Positions 12,183-26,073 of a stretch of DNA of 64,000 nucleotides are shown here, in pieces. The notes beneath the pieces are model-generated. The model searched no databases and had not been told where the DNA came from. It saw only the letters and a list, made by a program, of their open reading frames with translations. Source of the DNA: Tricharina praecox (taxonomy: Eukaryota); the NCBI RefSeq assembly GCF_024521635.1, contig NW_026250409.1:1116001-1180000 (forward strand), read 5' to 3'. Within the stretch, counting starts at the first letter, position 1. Every line of letters begins with the position of its first letter. Position numbers and translations under genes: made by a program.

Positions 12183-13128
12183 ATGGCTCTACGGGTGATT
12201 GATACAAACATCCTGACACAAACAAATGTGAACCAGGAAACGGAAGACCCCCAGGAGGTTCCCCTCAATGTCGCCGGCAATGTCAGAGTACGTATCATTC
12301 CCCTTGGCCACATCCGCATTTAAATAACCGGTATGTGCAGGTCGAGAACAGGACCAATGGACAGGTTGAGCACAGGATCAATAGACAGGCAGGTCCCCCG
12401 ATGCTAGGACCGCGGCCCGCGAGGGAGGAGTCGGTAGTTACTTCGCTAGACTTCGAGGGACTCGCGAATGCGCTCCAGCCTCTGGACATCAACCGTCAAG
12501 AGGTTGATGTCGAAGCTGTCGCCAACGGCTTTAATCACGATGGCGACGACACAGACGAGGACGACGACACCCATGACAACGACAACGAGACTGAGAACAA
12601 TGTCCCCGCCGAGACCGCCGAGACGGCTGAGGACGAAGTAGAAGGTGTACAAGGTAACCTCGCTCCCGAAGCGCTCGACATGGCCATCCCATCTTTGCCA
12701 GCATTGACTGATACACTCGTCGCAGATGAGGATTTGGCTTCGGAGTCCGAACCCGGAACTCCACCACCCTTTGAATTTCACGCCGTCGTCGAAATCGAAG
12801 ACCTTGAGGCAAACAACCAGGTTGTGCGATGCCCACATTGTGGAGCCGTTAGACACACGAGAACCAATCCGGTTCTCGGAAGATGCGCTCGGTACGTTTC
12901 CGCGGACTACCCCCTCTCCCACTTCATGCTTGCTTGAATAACCGTGCGCTGACTATGTGATGTGTTGTGAAAATCAGTCGGCAGATAGAGATCCAGAACC
13001 TATCTCACCTCCCGCAAGAGCTCATAATGGGCCTCATCATCCAATACTCCGACGTCCACCATTTCTGCGGAAATGAGTTCTGTGACCGGTTTCTCAAGGC
13101 TTGGGGGAGATCTTTGCCGCCTCTTTAA
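12183..13128 (+). CDS. Hypothetical acidic protein with a C-terminal zinc-knuckle-like motif (about 268 aa), join(12183..12287,12341..12891,12978..13128)
   Basis: AAAATGG start, two GTACGT..CAG introns keep the frame open; D/E-rich middle; CPHCGAVRHTRTNPVLGRC followed by HHFCGNEFC. Confidence 0.6.
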
Positions 13129-13358
13129 ATCCCACGGCAAGTGACAAGATGCTACGTGAGATCCGTCCACGACGATCTCTACTTTTTTTCGAGTGCTGTT
13201 TACGTTGGAATCTGGTGGGTGGTGTTTCTTCTGGTTTGTTTTCTTGATCACTCGACATGTTTGGTCGGTGGAGTGTCTCGGCTGGGCTGGCTGGCTGTTC
13301 AGTGTGTTTGATTTCAGGCTGTCTGCTTTATTCCGTTCCTGCACTTTGTGTGTGCATG

Positions 13359-13635
13359 GGAGGAAGGGCGGTCACGGCTCTTGATGTCGCCACTGAGAAC
13401 GATTGTCATTCTGGTATCCTCTGTTGCTCGCGGTTTTTTTTTGTTTTCTTTTTGATTTTCCGAGTGGTCACGATTTCGGGCTGCGTGTTTCTGTTCCTGT
13501 TCCTGTTCCTGTTCCTGTTCCTGCTCGTGTACTCTGTTTGTCTGGATTGGAGGAAGGGCGGCCACAGCTTATTTTCATTACTTACGGCCATTAGCATTCT
13601 GGTATTCCCTGTTACTCGCGTTGTTTTTTTTTCTT
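13359..13635. repeat. Local direct duplication (about 85 bp x2) flanking a (CCTGTT)n microsatellite
   Basis: GGAGGAAGGGCGG..CATTCTGGTAT..CTGTT.CTCGCG.TT.TTTT at about 13359 and 13549; (TTCCTG)n at about 13488-13523. Confidence 0.7.
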
Positions 13636-16600
13636 TCTGATTTTCCGAGATAATAGACTAATAGGCGCAATCTGGGGAGGAGTTTCAAGGTGGTTGGAGG
13701 GAGTGGATCGAGACGTGCGAGTGCGAGTGCCAGGCCGAAGCCCGCGTGTACGCGTGTACGCGTACATACCACGCATACTATCCACGGAGGACGCAATGGA
13801 CAGCTCGACACCGGCAGCAAGGCGGCCGTGTCGAGGAACTATGTACCAGCGAAAGACGGCCCAAAGGGAGAAGAGCGAGGAAGAAGTGGAAGTGGAAGTG
13901 GAGAGCGAGTTGTCCGGTATGGAGGACTATCTCCTTTGCAATTGCCTATGCCATAGTCCCGCTGGTGGTGATAGGTAGGGGACGAGGACGTTCCAATGGG
14001 TCGGGCACCGCTGGCTGGATGGAAGCACCGAGTGGAATCAGGAGGAGACGGGAGCAAGTGGATACAATGCATGTATAACTTCCTATGCTCTGAAACGGTG
14101 GCATTCAATTTGATGACAGAAAAATTCGGGCTCAATTGATCGTATTATCATGTCACAGCACTCGCACACAAGACTGATTACGCAGAGTAGTAGGTATTCG
14201 CACAATTGAAGAGTACTTAAGTACAATGTATTGAGCTGGTCAGAATCCGACTACCTACCTACCTACATAGACCCAATATCCAAAGCGAAGGTGTCTTTGG
14301 TATATATGTCCAAGCAAATCCAGAAACTGCTCCTTGCGATGCCCAGGAACTACATATAAACTTCCAGCCGGTCCCAGTCGCTGTTAGCCGTAAACTGGCT
14401 GTTGCGAAGTTGCGATTCTGGCTTGAATGTATCTAGACTCCGGCAGGTGTTGGCAGCCAAAGTATGTACTATGTACGCACCAGAAACTCTCTGCGTATGT
14501 AATGTCGGAATGGATGCAGTGCACGCGGCAGGAGTCCCAGTCCAGTGTCGACAGCCGACGGGCGCTGCGTCCTGAGTTCTGGTGGAGCGGATATATCATA
14601 GGTATATGTACTTACTTGGATTAACTCTCCCGGTGCTAGAAACCATCCCAAGACTTCGCAGCGAGCAAGTGCTAGTGATCCACCAGCACATCGACCGGGC
14701 AAGAAACGCCCAGTGGGCCGTGGCGCAGTTTACCGTAGGCATACGCTTTCCCCAGCGTCACGGCCGTTCACTCGGCTTCTAGTACCTAGCCGCCGGCGGC
14801 CGGCCATCCGTCGCCCGCCGCAATTTATGTCGTCAGCCTTTTGTGCACCCAGTATATGATATGCACAGTATGCACAGTATGCACAGTAGATATTCCTCCC
14901 GTGCATCCGGCGAGCCAAGAACACCAGGGTCTGTGAGTTCCCTACCTACTCTACACGTGCTGTGCGACACTGCGGCCAAACTAAAGTGCGTGCAGAAGTC
15001 TTGGGCTACGGGCTGAATCTAAAATTCTGCACTGCGGACGGGCGACGGGCCATAGCCCACAGCCCACGGGCAGCGGATGCGGGATGCACTCCCTGAAGCC
15101 TGGGTTGGGTTCACGAAGTGTCTTCTGGCTGCATACGTTGTTCCATGGCCAAGAGAATGGTACATACATAGATGAAAAGCAACCCGCTGTAGGCCTTTAA
15201 CTAGAGTATGTACTACCGATGGCCAGCAGATCTTCGGCTCCCAGATCCGTTCCGTTGCAAAAATTCTTTTTGGGGCACGCGAGCAGCATCGTCAGACAGC
15301 GACGCATGGTGGAACTGATTGGTTTATGACACTCCTCTCAACTGCAGTTTTGAAACTTTCCGGCAGTAAGCAGTGAAGACCCTCTGCCTACCGGAAACTA
15401 TTCTCCTCTACCGTATGTAGGTATGGCCTGTGCGCGGTGCGGCATGTAGAGTATATACCGGTATGCATGCACATGGGGGATGATGGCAGCAACTCCGGGT
15501 CCGTGTCGTCTCCATACCGTACCGACTCGGTAATAAGGAAGTACCCCGCACCGATGGAGGTGCAACGTGGCGGAGACATGCAGAGGATGGTCAGCAATTT
15601 TGACTCGGGTGCTGGGGGAAATATTGGCGAGTGATGTAGCATGATTGTTCACTCGTGTTTGGTGTTTTCATCACAGCCTGCTGCAGCTTGCCTTCCCGAC
15701 ATACCGTCCCGAGAACAGCGGTTGTGGTGGAATCTTCGGGAGACATCTCTGGTGGCTATCCAATCTGGAAGTGGAAGAGGATGAGCAGAGTAGAGTAGGT
15801 ATATCGCGAAGTGTCTTTTCGCCTCCCGTTACCATCGCCGTCCAACGTCCTCACGTCGGGGCTTCTCGGTGAGTTGAACTCTAGATCTAGTCCAGGCGAG
15901 AACATCAACTCTAGAGCAGCGCAGAGTGCTCCAAGCACGCCCTGCAAAATTCCGGTGGCGCTCCCCGCTTTTCTGGATTCGGGTCAACTACCGAGTCGCT
16001 GACTGCCAATCGATTTTTTTCTTCTTTGCGGCTTTCCCTCCTTCGTTGGGTTCGACCGTAACGGTTGGTGGATGCGGGGAGAATTTTCACAACCGCAGAT
16101 AACCGCCGCGACCGTCACCTTGCTGACCAGTACTAGTATTCTTCACCCGCCACCCGTTCCTCGCGAAAGTGAGAACTTCCGGAGGGAGACACAAAGAGAG
16201 ACGGAGAATTAAAATTTTCACATCAGGTGGACGGCGGTGAAGAGATTTCGGGTGTTTCACGTACATACATCCAATTGGGGGGGATGGGCCACAGCACCGA
16301 GCCGGCAGCTTTGAACGCGAGTAAGCAGACGGTCGGTCGGACACTGGGAAGCACAACTGGTGCGCAAATCGATCCTGCAGGCAATACCTTACCTGCATAC
16401 CCTAGAGCTTGCTGCTGCAATGCGGGTCTATGCGATGCGGATGGGAAAACGCCTCGTGATTGATGGGTTCGGTTTCCTTGGGGGGTGGGCCACAAGGTCG
16501 ATTCCAGGGCACCAAGTGCAGGATACGGTATATACGAAATCTGTCCGTAGCTGGCGGGTAGGTAGGGTAGGTATGTGAACACGGCGTAAGTATCTACGGT

Positions 16601-17744
16601 TCCTGTTAGCAAGCCGTTGACGTATGGAATTCCTTCTGTTTGTCATGAACACCCACGGGCTCTATCTATCTCGGGGGCATCGTCTGCAGCTTTTGGCACT
16701 TGAGGGGATGGGCGTGGGTGGCATGTACCTAGAGTACATAGCCTTTTTCCTTCAGGATTGATCTGATACCGGTAAAATGGAGGATTGGTGGTGGTTATCG
16801 GGTGGAAGTGGGTTTCGGAGAGGGAGGGGGGGTGGGTTAATCGACTATCTGCCGAAGCGACAATTCGTGTACCTAAACGATGGACGCGGCTGATGTCATG
16901 GGAAATGAGAGTGAGAAACAGGCGACGACGACGATTATGATGCCGTAGTATAACGAGATTGTACGACGGCTTTTCGACGTCCGGAGAACAGGAAAAATTC
17001 GCCCCCCTTGGCTCTCCTCCGCCATTTATCATTTATCTGACTGACAGGTGCTCTCGCGGCCAGCGACTTGATGCTTCAACTCAGTTCTCCAGTAGTCGTG
17101 CCGGTATTACCTTTCGAGATATTCTGGCTGCAGCTCCTCCGAATCAGAAGCCTCGTTTGATTTCGCCCGCTTCAACGGCGGTCAGAATTGAGCTCGCGCT
17201 CGAACACTCCGCCGGGCATCCCGCCCCCCACCCCCATCCACGCCCCTGCTGGCCCTGTCGACCGTCGAGGGCTAGGTAGTTGGACGTTCAGCGCAGCCCA
17301 GACAAGCAGGCAACCAGGCAGCCAGACAGCTTGCTTCTTCTCGTCGTGCCCGCCCGCCCCTCCCGTCATCCTCCTCCTCACTCTCGTCCTGGTTCTCGTC
17401 CTCCAACTCCTCCTCCTCCGATCTCCGATATTCCACGCAACTACGTCCGCCTCATCCTCCTTTGCCCCACTCCTATTCTCCTGCTTCCCCCTCACTCTCC
17501 CGTCCTCCCTACCCTACATACTCCCAACGGCCCCTGCTCTTTCCGGATTTCCGATGTCTGCTTGACTCCTCTGCCTCCGTTTCCCCGTCATTCTTTCGTT
17601 TGTTTGACCGGCCCGTACTATAAACCAGCAACAGCCCTCCCTGAAGCACCATTCGTCAGACAGTCACCGTCTAGGCCCAGCCCTCTTCGAAGACGACATA
17701 TCACGCAATAGCTGATAGTCCTCCGCGAAAGACAAAAAAAACCG

Positions 17745-19943
17745 ATGTCCTACGACGATACCAGCTCGGCGGGTTCGAAAACCCCAAAGGCTCGGGATGA
17801 CAGCTCAAGCTATTTCGGCAGCTTGCACACGCTGCACAACATCTCGCCGTCTGCAAAAAGCCCTGGCATGAACATCCCTTCCCCGTCGTCAGGCAGCCTT
17901 CGACAACGCCGGTAAGTCCTCCCTGGCACCTGCTCGGAACTATCCCGCCTCTAGTGGGGGAGACTATTACGTACCTCGAACGTCAAACTTTTACGTAACA
18001 GTTTGAGATTGCAGTTTAACTAACGACGAAGCAATACAATTGCCCGTGATATAGATCTTCCCTCTCCCTCGGTCTCGATCAACTGCGCCATGTGGGGGGA
18101 GTCAACAGCATCGATGCGTTCGCACGCTCGTGGACTCGTGCCGCTGGGTACATCGAGATTACACCTTCGCGCCAGTCCTACGTCTCGGTGTCATCGCACG
18201 GCGGCGACGAAGAGGAAGACGATAACGCCAGCAGGGCCGACGAGGCAGTGGAGGACGACGAAACCGATCAGGTCCCGGCCGAATACACGCATCTGCATCC
18301 CAACCTAACGTCGTTCGGCACATATGGATCCTTCTCGTCGCTTCCGAGGGCTTCGATGCCCGCCGAAGGTCTTCCAAGCAGTGTCATCAGACATGCCGAG
18401 GATCTTTTCGTGGAGCAGCAACAGGCGATGCTTGCGCCGGAGGTTGCGGATAAGGAACGCGAACCCTTGTTGGTCAAGACCGTCGAAACGCAGGAGGGCC
18501 TCGTGCAACAGGTGATAGTGGGCCAGAGCACTTTGCCGCAGACGGTATTCAACAGCGTCAATGTCTTGATAGGAATCGGATTGCTGAGTCTACCGCTTGG
18601 ACTGAAGTACAGTGGATGGTAAAGAAACCACTCCTCCCGGTTGCGATCGGCGTTTTTTCCTTTTCTTCCGACGCTGACGTTTTCCCTCTGCCATTCAGGA
18701 TCGTGGGCATGCTCTTCTTGGGGCTCAGCGCCATGGCCACAAACCATACAGCAAAACTCCTGGCACGTTGTCTCGAAAGAGCGCCGAATAAAGCGCTCGT
18801 GTCGTACTCCGACATCGCATACATCGCATACGGACAAAAAGCGCGGGTCATCGTCTCCATTATGTTCTCCATGGAATTGATGGCGGCATGCGTGGCACTG
18901 GTGGTGCTCTTCGCCGACTCGTTGCACAGCTTGATCCCTTCGATTAGCGTTTTGGGTTGGAAGATCATCGCTGGATTCGCCCTCACGCCGTCGAGCTTCC
19001 TTCCACTGAGGATTTTGAGCTTCACCTCGATCCTCGGGATCCTGAGCACGTGCAGCATCTTTCTCATTGTGCTCATCAACGGTCTGATCAAATCCGACTT
19101 TCCCGGAAGTTTGTTGGATCCTGCGCCTACGTACCTGTTCCCACAGAGTTGGCTCACGCTGCCGTTGAGTTTTGGGCTGTTGATGTCGCCATGGGGCGGT
19201 CACGGCGTGTTTCCCAACATCTACAAGGACATGCGGTTGGTCCACATCATCCCCGCGCTTTATTGGAACACCCAGACTTATGTAGTGACACAGACATCCG
19301 CACAAGTACAACCGTGCCGTGAACTACACTTACTGGTTCACCTACCTTTTGGATGCGTCCATGATGGTGGTCGGCATTTTGATGTTTGGAGACGGGGTCA
19401 AGGACGAAATCACCGCAAACATTCTGGAACTGGCTGGATATCCTGAGGCGGCAAAAGTAGCAATGGTTGTCTTCATCGCCATCATCCCGTTGACCAAGAC
19501 TCCCTTGAAGTATGTCAACCCGTTTGGAATGAGATTGGTGTTACTGTTACTGACTGCGTCCTAGTGCACGCCCAATCATCACAACCCTCGACTTTGTCCT
19601 CGGTGCCGACATCCGCGCAATCGGCGTCCCCGAGAGCGCCGTAGGAATGTCCAGCTTCTCTCGGGGGCTAGTACGCATCGGGGTCCGGGTTTTCACCAAC
19701 GCCACCTTCGTCATCATCGCGATCATCTGCCCCTCGTTCGACAGGATCATGGCATTCATGGGCTCCACGCTCTGCTTTGCCATCTGCGTGATCATGCCGC
19801 TGATGTTCTACCTCAAGATTTTTGGTGCCGAGGTGGGCACGAAGGAACGCGTCATTTCTTGGTTCATTATCGTCAGTTGCTCCATCATGGCACTGGTCGG
19901 GACGGCGTTTACGTTTATACCCAAGGAGCAGCTCGGGGCTTGA
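17745..19943 (+). CDS. AVT1: Vacuolar amino acid transporter (AAAP family, AVT1-like); introns 17912-18054, 18619-18698, 19236-19293, 19510-19564
   Basis: GGVNSIDAFARSWTRAAG, QSTLPQTVFNSVNVLIGIGLLSLPLG, WGGHGVFPNIYKDMRHPHKY, PLTKTPLNARP; many hydrophobic transmembrane segments. Confidence 0.88.
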
Positions 19944-20419
19944 TTTCGTAATGGGACGCATGGATGCAGATGCATGGATGGTTGTCACGCTCCAAAAAAA
20001 CGGTGGTGGGGGGGAGAGCCTTTCTTTGCATTGCGACTTGACTTGCCTTGTTCATTATTGTTGGGTTTTCTATCTTTCGGAGTTCTTTTGATTTCACTGG
20101 GGCAGGGTTTGCCTTCTGTGTCCTTTTTTCCCCTTGTTTCCTTTTCTTTTCCTTTTCCTTTTCCTTTTCTTTTTCCTCCCCCAAACACGCATATCGTGAC
20201 ACCACAGACTTTTTTTCTGTAAATATACTCTATAGTTGCACGTTTTTTATATCTTGCAATTCACCGGATGCTCTGTTCGCCTCAGTGTTTTGAGATGCGT
20301 TCGTTTGATCTGCATTCAAGAACAAGAACAAGAATAACCCTTAACTCCGTAGCAAAGCAAAGAAACAAAAAACAAGAAACAATGAAGGGTTATGTAGGCC
20401 GCAGGTTACTGCACTGCCA

Positions 20420-21479
20420 TCATTTCTTGACCTGCCCAAGAAGCCCGCCCTTTGCCGCAGGCGCAGGGGGCACAGGCGTACCGCCGCGTTTTATTGCCGC
20501 TGAAGCAGCAGCTCCTCCAGCCCCACCGCCGCCGCCGCCACTGCCACCACCACCAATCGCCGCACCAGGCTGCAGCAAACTCCCAGGATCCCCCAGCAGC
20601 GGCGCGTGGTCGTCCATGAACTCGCCGTGGTGCCGCACTGATAGGCTGAGCGCGTTGTAGAGCAGTTTTGCGTCGCGCTGGGTGCTTGTGCTGCTGCTTG
20701 TGCTGCTGGTGGTGGTGGTGGTGGTGGCGGAGGTGCTGGGCGCGGCGGATTGGGAGCGCGCCTGTGACTGTGAGGACGGAGGGGGCTGCTGCGAGGATGG
20801 AGGCGGGTCCGTAGCGGCTAGCGGCGGCGGCGGCGGAGTGGATGAGAGTGATGTCGACGACATCGCCAGCTTGAGAGTGTTGCGTAGGTCGTTCGTGATG
20901 GTTAACTATTCCGCATCAGCACCCATCAGCATCCGGAGGAGGGGGGAGGTGGAGGGCAGGGTAGGGCAGCTCAACATACCATGCGATTCGCCAGCACCGC
21001 GCCCACAGTCGGTGCCTGATAAATATTTTCCCCGACGATGTAATAATCCGCGAGGATGCTAACATCCTCCACCTTCTGTTTCTGACCGGCGAGGACGACC
21101 TCTCTCGGCGCCTTCCTCAGCTGCTTGCGGATGACCCAGACGCCCGAGGCCTCGTTGCCGGCCGCGATCACGTACTCGACGCCCCGCATGCTCTTCATCG
21201 CCTTGTCGAAGTCGGCCTGTGAGTTGATGCGGGCGGCTGCAGCTGGGTTGTGCGTCAGCTGCATAGTTAGCTGCCCGTTGCTGCTGGTGTTGTCGAAGAA
21301 GGGCGAGAGGTAGAAGTAGTGCATCACTGTGTACAGAGGTGCGGTGTTAGGAGCGTAAGAGGACGGCGAAGATGGAGGGGCATACCCATGTGCTGCGTTA
21401 CCCCGTGCACCCGGCAGAAGCTGCTGTCGCGCCAGAGCGTCTCGTCGATAGGCGTGCGCGGGCGCGGGATAGAGGCCAT
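20420..21479 (-). CDS. MED6: Mediator subunit 6, complement(join(20420..20905,20980..21326,21386..21479))
   Basis: PIDETLWR, YFYLSPFFDNTSSN, GVWVIRKQ, YYIVGENIYQAPTV; canonical introns; low-complexity C-terminus. Confidence 0.88.
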
Positions 21480-23710
21480 GGCTGCGGGTTCTGCCGTCGT
21501 GGTCGTCGCGTCGTGAGATTGCGGTGGTGGTGGAGATGTCGCGTCGCACGGCCGTGGTGGTGAGTGGAGACGGGACGACGCGACAAGGCGGGATTCGGAA
21601 TGCGGGATGCGGAGCTTGTGCCACCTTACTCCACTAGCCAGTACTCTACCCGCACCCAGTGCCCACCGGTTGCACCCGGGGAGGTTAGGGTTCCGGTGGG
21701 GTCCCCCGACTCCCACTCTCGCCCTCTCGCCCTCTCGCCCTCTCGCCGCCGCCCCGCGCCCTCCTCCCCTCCCCGCGACAAACGAAACGAAACGGAACAA
21801 AACTTGGCGGATCTCTCTCTCGAACCACAATAGATACATAGCGTCATCTTTCCTTTTGCACATGCACGAGATCTTGCAGCGACGATCAGCCCCAGTTACA
21901 ATGGGCAGTCCAGTTGTGTCCAGTGCAGTTCCGTTCAATCTCCAGCCTGTGAAGTGACGCGGCTCACTTGAGTCTTGCACCACCACCCACCGACAGAGAT
22001 GTACCCCGCAAACGCCAAACTCTATCCCGCAGCTTTACTGCAGAGCATGCTGAGCAGAAAAGAAAATCTGTGCGCGCTGTGGTTGGCTCGGAGGCGGTTA
22101 CGTCCCCCCCGCCCCATCTCACCCCCACCACCCACCCATTACGCCGTGCGTAGGAATCTGTTTGCGTTGCTCGATGGAGATGCTGGCCGTGTGTATGTGC
22201 TTTTTTCCCCGACCAAAGTGGCAGAGTGGGGAGCGAGTGCTCGATCCAGTGGTGACTGCGTATTTTACATACATACGGAAGAAGCAGGACAAGGACATGG
22301 GGAAGCCCATCCGACAGCCTCGTCCGAGAAGAAGAATGAGGGGGAAGAGGGGAGGTGGGAGACGGTATGTAGAGTATGTAGAGTATCGAGGGGTCGCCCA
22401 GCCCCGCCCCGCGAGCTCAAGGGGGGGGAGGGGGAGGGTTTATCCGGTGCTTTTTTTGAACCCGCGCTCTAGCCAGCCAGCCTCTAGGGCCTCGGCCTGC
22501 CCTGCACTGCAAGATATCGATACCCACCTATCCACCTACCCAGCTGCGCACATCGACCGACCGACCGTCCGTTTGCCAGGCTCGATGATCGCCTTACATG
22601 TTACATGCGGGTGGGGGCACGGTCGCACGGTCGCTCATCGCCAGAGAGTGGGTGACGATTGACAGCGTAGCGTGCGAGATGGGGTGTGGGCTGGGAATAG
22701 AAGGCGAAGAGCTCTGCGGGTGAGGACGGGAGTGCTTCCCGAATCATCACTGGTGATCGGTGATCGCGCTAGTTGGGGGCTGCTCGGCGACGGCGATGAT
22801 TTGTTATGTATTGTAGATGGGAGTGGGGTGCGAGATGGTTACTTACATAAGTCGTGCTTAGCTGCGGCCACCCACCCACCCACCCAACGCCGTCGGCAGG
22901 CGGGCGGATTGGACAGCTCTTATCGAGCCTGCGCGTTTGGAGATTCGCCGTCGGGATAGTTATCGATACCGTAGGAACCCCAGCTGTGGCTGATAACTGT
23001 GACCACTGGCCCTGGGACTGCGGGTTCAAAACAATATAATACCTAATAAGATATCGCAAACTGCGGCAGCCGTTTTGCTTTTCATGGGGACCGCGTGGAC
23101 TCGGAACAGACGGCCTATGATAATGATGCCAGTGAGGAAGGATAGCAAAGCATGGCTTGATTGGCGGTAATGCTGCGCTGCAGCCGCAACACGGGCCAAG
23201 CGGTGGGAAGTCGATTTTAGTGGTTGATTGAAGGAGGGTTGTTTGTGGGCGGCGATTAAACAAACAATCCGTGAGGATTCGTGTGTAGATATGCTTAGAA
23301 TCTCGGTCACCAAGTCTCATTGATTCTCAGGTTGACTCTGCCGTTCTCCTGGTCTCTCCCATTCTGTTCTTTGCACGGCTTCTGTGTTCTTGGAATGGAC
23401 CTGATGAGAGTACTAGTACTCTCAGTGTTTCTATTCACTGCGTCTGGTCGTAAGCGCAAGACGCGCGCTTCTAAGCCGCAGGCCCTTGGAACTACTCCAC
23501 GGAGGGTTGAGGTTAAGATTTTTTGGTGGGCGGATGTCAATTGCCTTTTCCGCAGCCAAAAAAGGCCTAGATAGCCAGTGTGGGCTAATCACTGGCCAGG
23601 GCCCAGGTCCTCACGTGCCGAAATGGCACGTCAGCGGCTCAACCCGTGCCCCACCATCCAGGGCCCGCCCCCACCTGCACCAAAAATGTTTCGTGTCTCT
23701 CAGGTAGCAC

Positions 23711-25546
23711 ATGAACTTTCTGCGCCGCCTCTTCGCCCGCCCCGTCGCCGCCACCGCCGCCACCGCCACGATGCCCTCGCGCGCACCCTTGATCTCCGTA
23801 ATCGGGGCGACAGGTACCGGTAAATCGCAGGTACGTAGCACCTCCCACGCTCCCCTCTCCGGGCTCCCACCCAGCTCACAGCACCCCACCAGCTAGCCGT
23901 CGAGCTCGCGCTCGCGCTCAACGGCGAAGTGATCAACGCGGACGCGATGCAGCTGTACCGGGGGCTACCGATCATCACCAACAAGGTCACCTCCGCGGAG
24001 CGCAAGGGCGTGCCGCACTACCTCCTGGGCTTCCTCGATACGCGCGAAGTCTGGCAGGTCGGGAGGTTCGTGCGCGAAGCCGCAAAAATCATCGACGACA
24101 TCCGCGCCCGTGGCCGGCTCCCTATCCTCGTCGGCGGATCACACTATTACGTCCAGTCGCTGCTGTTTCCGCATGATGTCGAGGAACGGAAAGAGGGCGA
24201 TGAGTTTCAGCTGCCCGATGTGGTGGAGGGGCTGGCGGAGAAGTTTCCCATCCTGTAGGTTCCCATGGCTCCTCCATCCTGCGTTGCTGACGGGCGGGCG
24301 GACCAGTGACGCGCCCACGCCAGAACTCTACGCCGCCCTGCGCGCCGTGGACCCGCTGATGGCCTCGCGGTGGCACCCGAACGACCGGCGCAAGATCCGG
24401 CGATCACTCGAGATCTACTACTCGAGCGGGTGCCGCACGACCGCGAGCTCGGTGTACGCCGCGCAGCGCGCCAGCAAAAACCCCACCTCCACCTCCACCT
24501 CCACCGAGCCCGCCCGGTCGTCGGGCTACAACAACCTGATCTTCTGGGTGCACGCGTCGACGGACGTGCTGCGGGCGCGGCTGGACGGGCGGGTGGACAA
24601 CATGCTGCGCGCGGGGATGTGGGCGGAGATCGAGGCGATGGGCGCGCAGTACGACTCTCTCGGGGGGTCGCGCAGCGTCGACCTCAACACGGGGATCTGG
24701 CAGAGCATTGGGTTTAAAGAGTTTCTGCCGTACCTGGAGCTGCGGCAGAGCAAGAGCAAAAGCGGGAGCGAGAGCGGCGTGGCGCCGCAGCAGGAGGACG
24801 ACGATGATGCGGAAAGGGCGCGCACCAATGCGATAGACGAGATGAAAACTGCTACCAGGCAGTATGCGCGCTCGCAGGTTAGATGGATCAGGATTAAGTT
24901 TGTCAATGCGCTCAAGGCGGCTGGCGGAAAGGGGGTTATGTTCCTCCTCGACTCGTCGGATGCCGAGAGGTACGGCGAGGTCGTGATTATGCCCGCCGTC
25001 GGGATCACGAGGGGTGAGTCCACCAGCATTCCCCGCACCGAGGATGGCACCGGCACTAATGTAATGCGTGCAGATTTCCTCGCCGATAACCCACTCCCAG
25101 ACCCACTGAGCCTCTCGCCCCTGGCAAGAGAGAATCTGGCCCCCAAGAGGAACTTTGATATCTCCCAGCGACCAGATCTGTGGATGCAGCGCACGTGCGA
25201 GATTTGTAACGTCATCAGCACTAACGAGCCCGAGTGGGAAACGCACATGAAGAGCTCGAAACATAAGAAGAGGGTCGCGAGCGTGCAGAAGAAGAAGGAG
25301 GTTGATGAGTTTTTGAGGAGGAGGAGGAGGGAGGCTAAGGAAGCGGAAGAGAGGGAGAAGGAGATCAAGGAAGCTGAAGAGAAGGAGAGCAAGGAAGCCG
25401 AGGAGAAGGAGAGCAAGACAGAAGAAGTTATGGGGAAGGAGATTGTGGAAGTCGATGAGAAGGGGCCTAGCAAGACAGAAGAAGCAACGGGGAAGGAGAG
25501 CGTGGAGGTGTTGGAACAGGACTCTCAAATCCCCATTCAATACTAA
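23711..25546 (+). CDS. MOD5: tRNA dimethylallyltransferase (i6A37); introns 23831-23892, 24255-24306, 25014-25073
   Basis: VIGATGTGKSQLAV P-loop, INADAMQLYRGLPIITNK, PILVGGSHYY, RWHPNDRRKIRRSLEI, GIWQSIGFKEF, TRQYARSQ, C-terminal CEIC..HMKSSKH zinc finger. Confidence 0.95.
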
Positions 25547-26073
25547 TAATAAAAAAACATACCAACAATTAAGTCATCGTGATCACTCGACATCACTAGA
25601 TGCATTCTTGGCGATAGAATCGTGACAACACACAATGGCACAGCTTTGGAGCGCGGAATTTGAAACACGGTGGGAATATCCCAAGCCTTTTTTTTTCTCG
25701 ATGGGCGCTCCGAGTCTCATTCATCCGAAACTCTCAAATTGCGATCGAAAATGACCGAGGAAAACTATAGAGTGTGTATGTCCTCCCAGGGGCTATTCAG
25801 CCAGACCAAGAGACTTGGAACATAACACGAAGCCAGGACTCGGACTCAATTATGGACTTGAACACTTCTTGATTGGCGTGTATGTGTGTATGTAGAGTAA
25901 ATACATCTGATCTCGTCCAACCCATCCACCCCCGTCCTCCCGTCCTCCCGCCCCGCCACCGCCATCAGCAGTGACCGTCCAGCAGCCATCTTCACCTCCC
26001 CCCATTCCCCCCGTCCGTTGCGTACAATCCGATCCGTCCGCTCCGATCCGTTCCTCTGTCAACCCACCACCAT

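Noticed and set aside
22630..22860. Minus-strand GTAAGT donor plus GTGATGA and GCGATGA boxes, suggesting U3 or a C/D snoRNA
   Set aside because: No U3 box A (GGATCATTTC), no convincing box B or D and no terminal stem; would need an Rfam scan.
24404..25540. Long antisense ORFs (378 and 315 aa) over MOD5, and similar ones over AVT1, ELP2, VRG4 and the TDP1-like gene
   Set aside because: Shadow ORFs of GC-rich coding sequence with no recognisable motifs.
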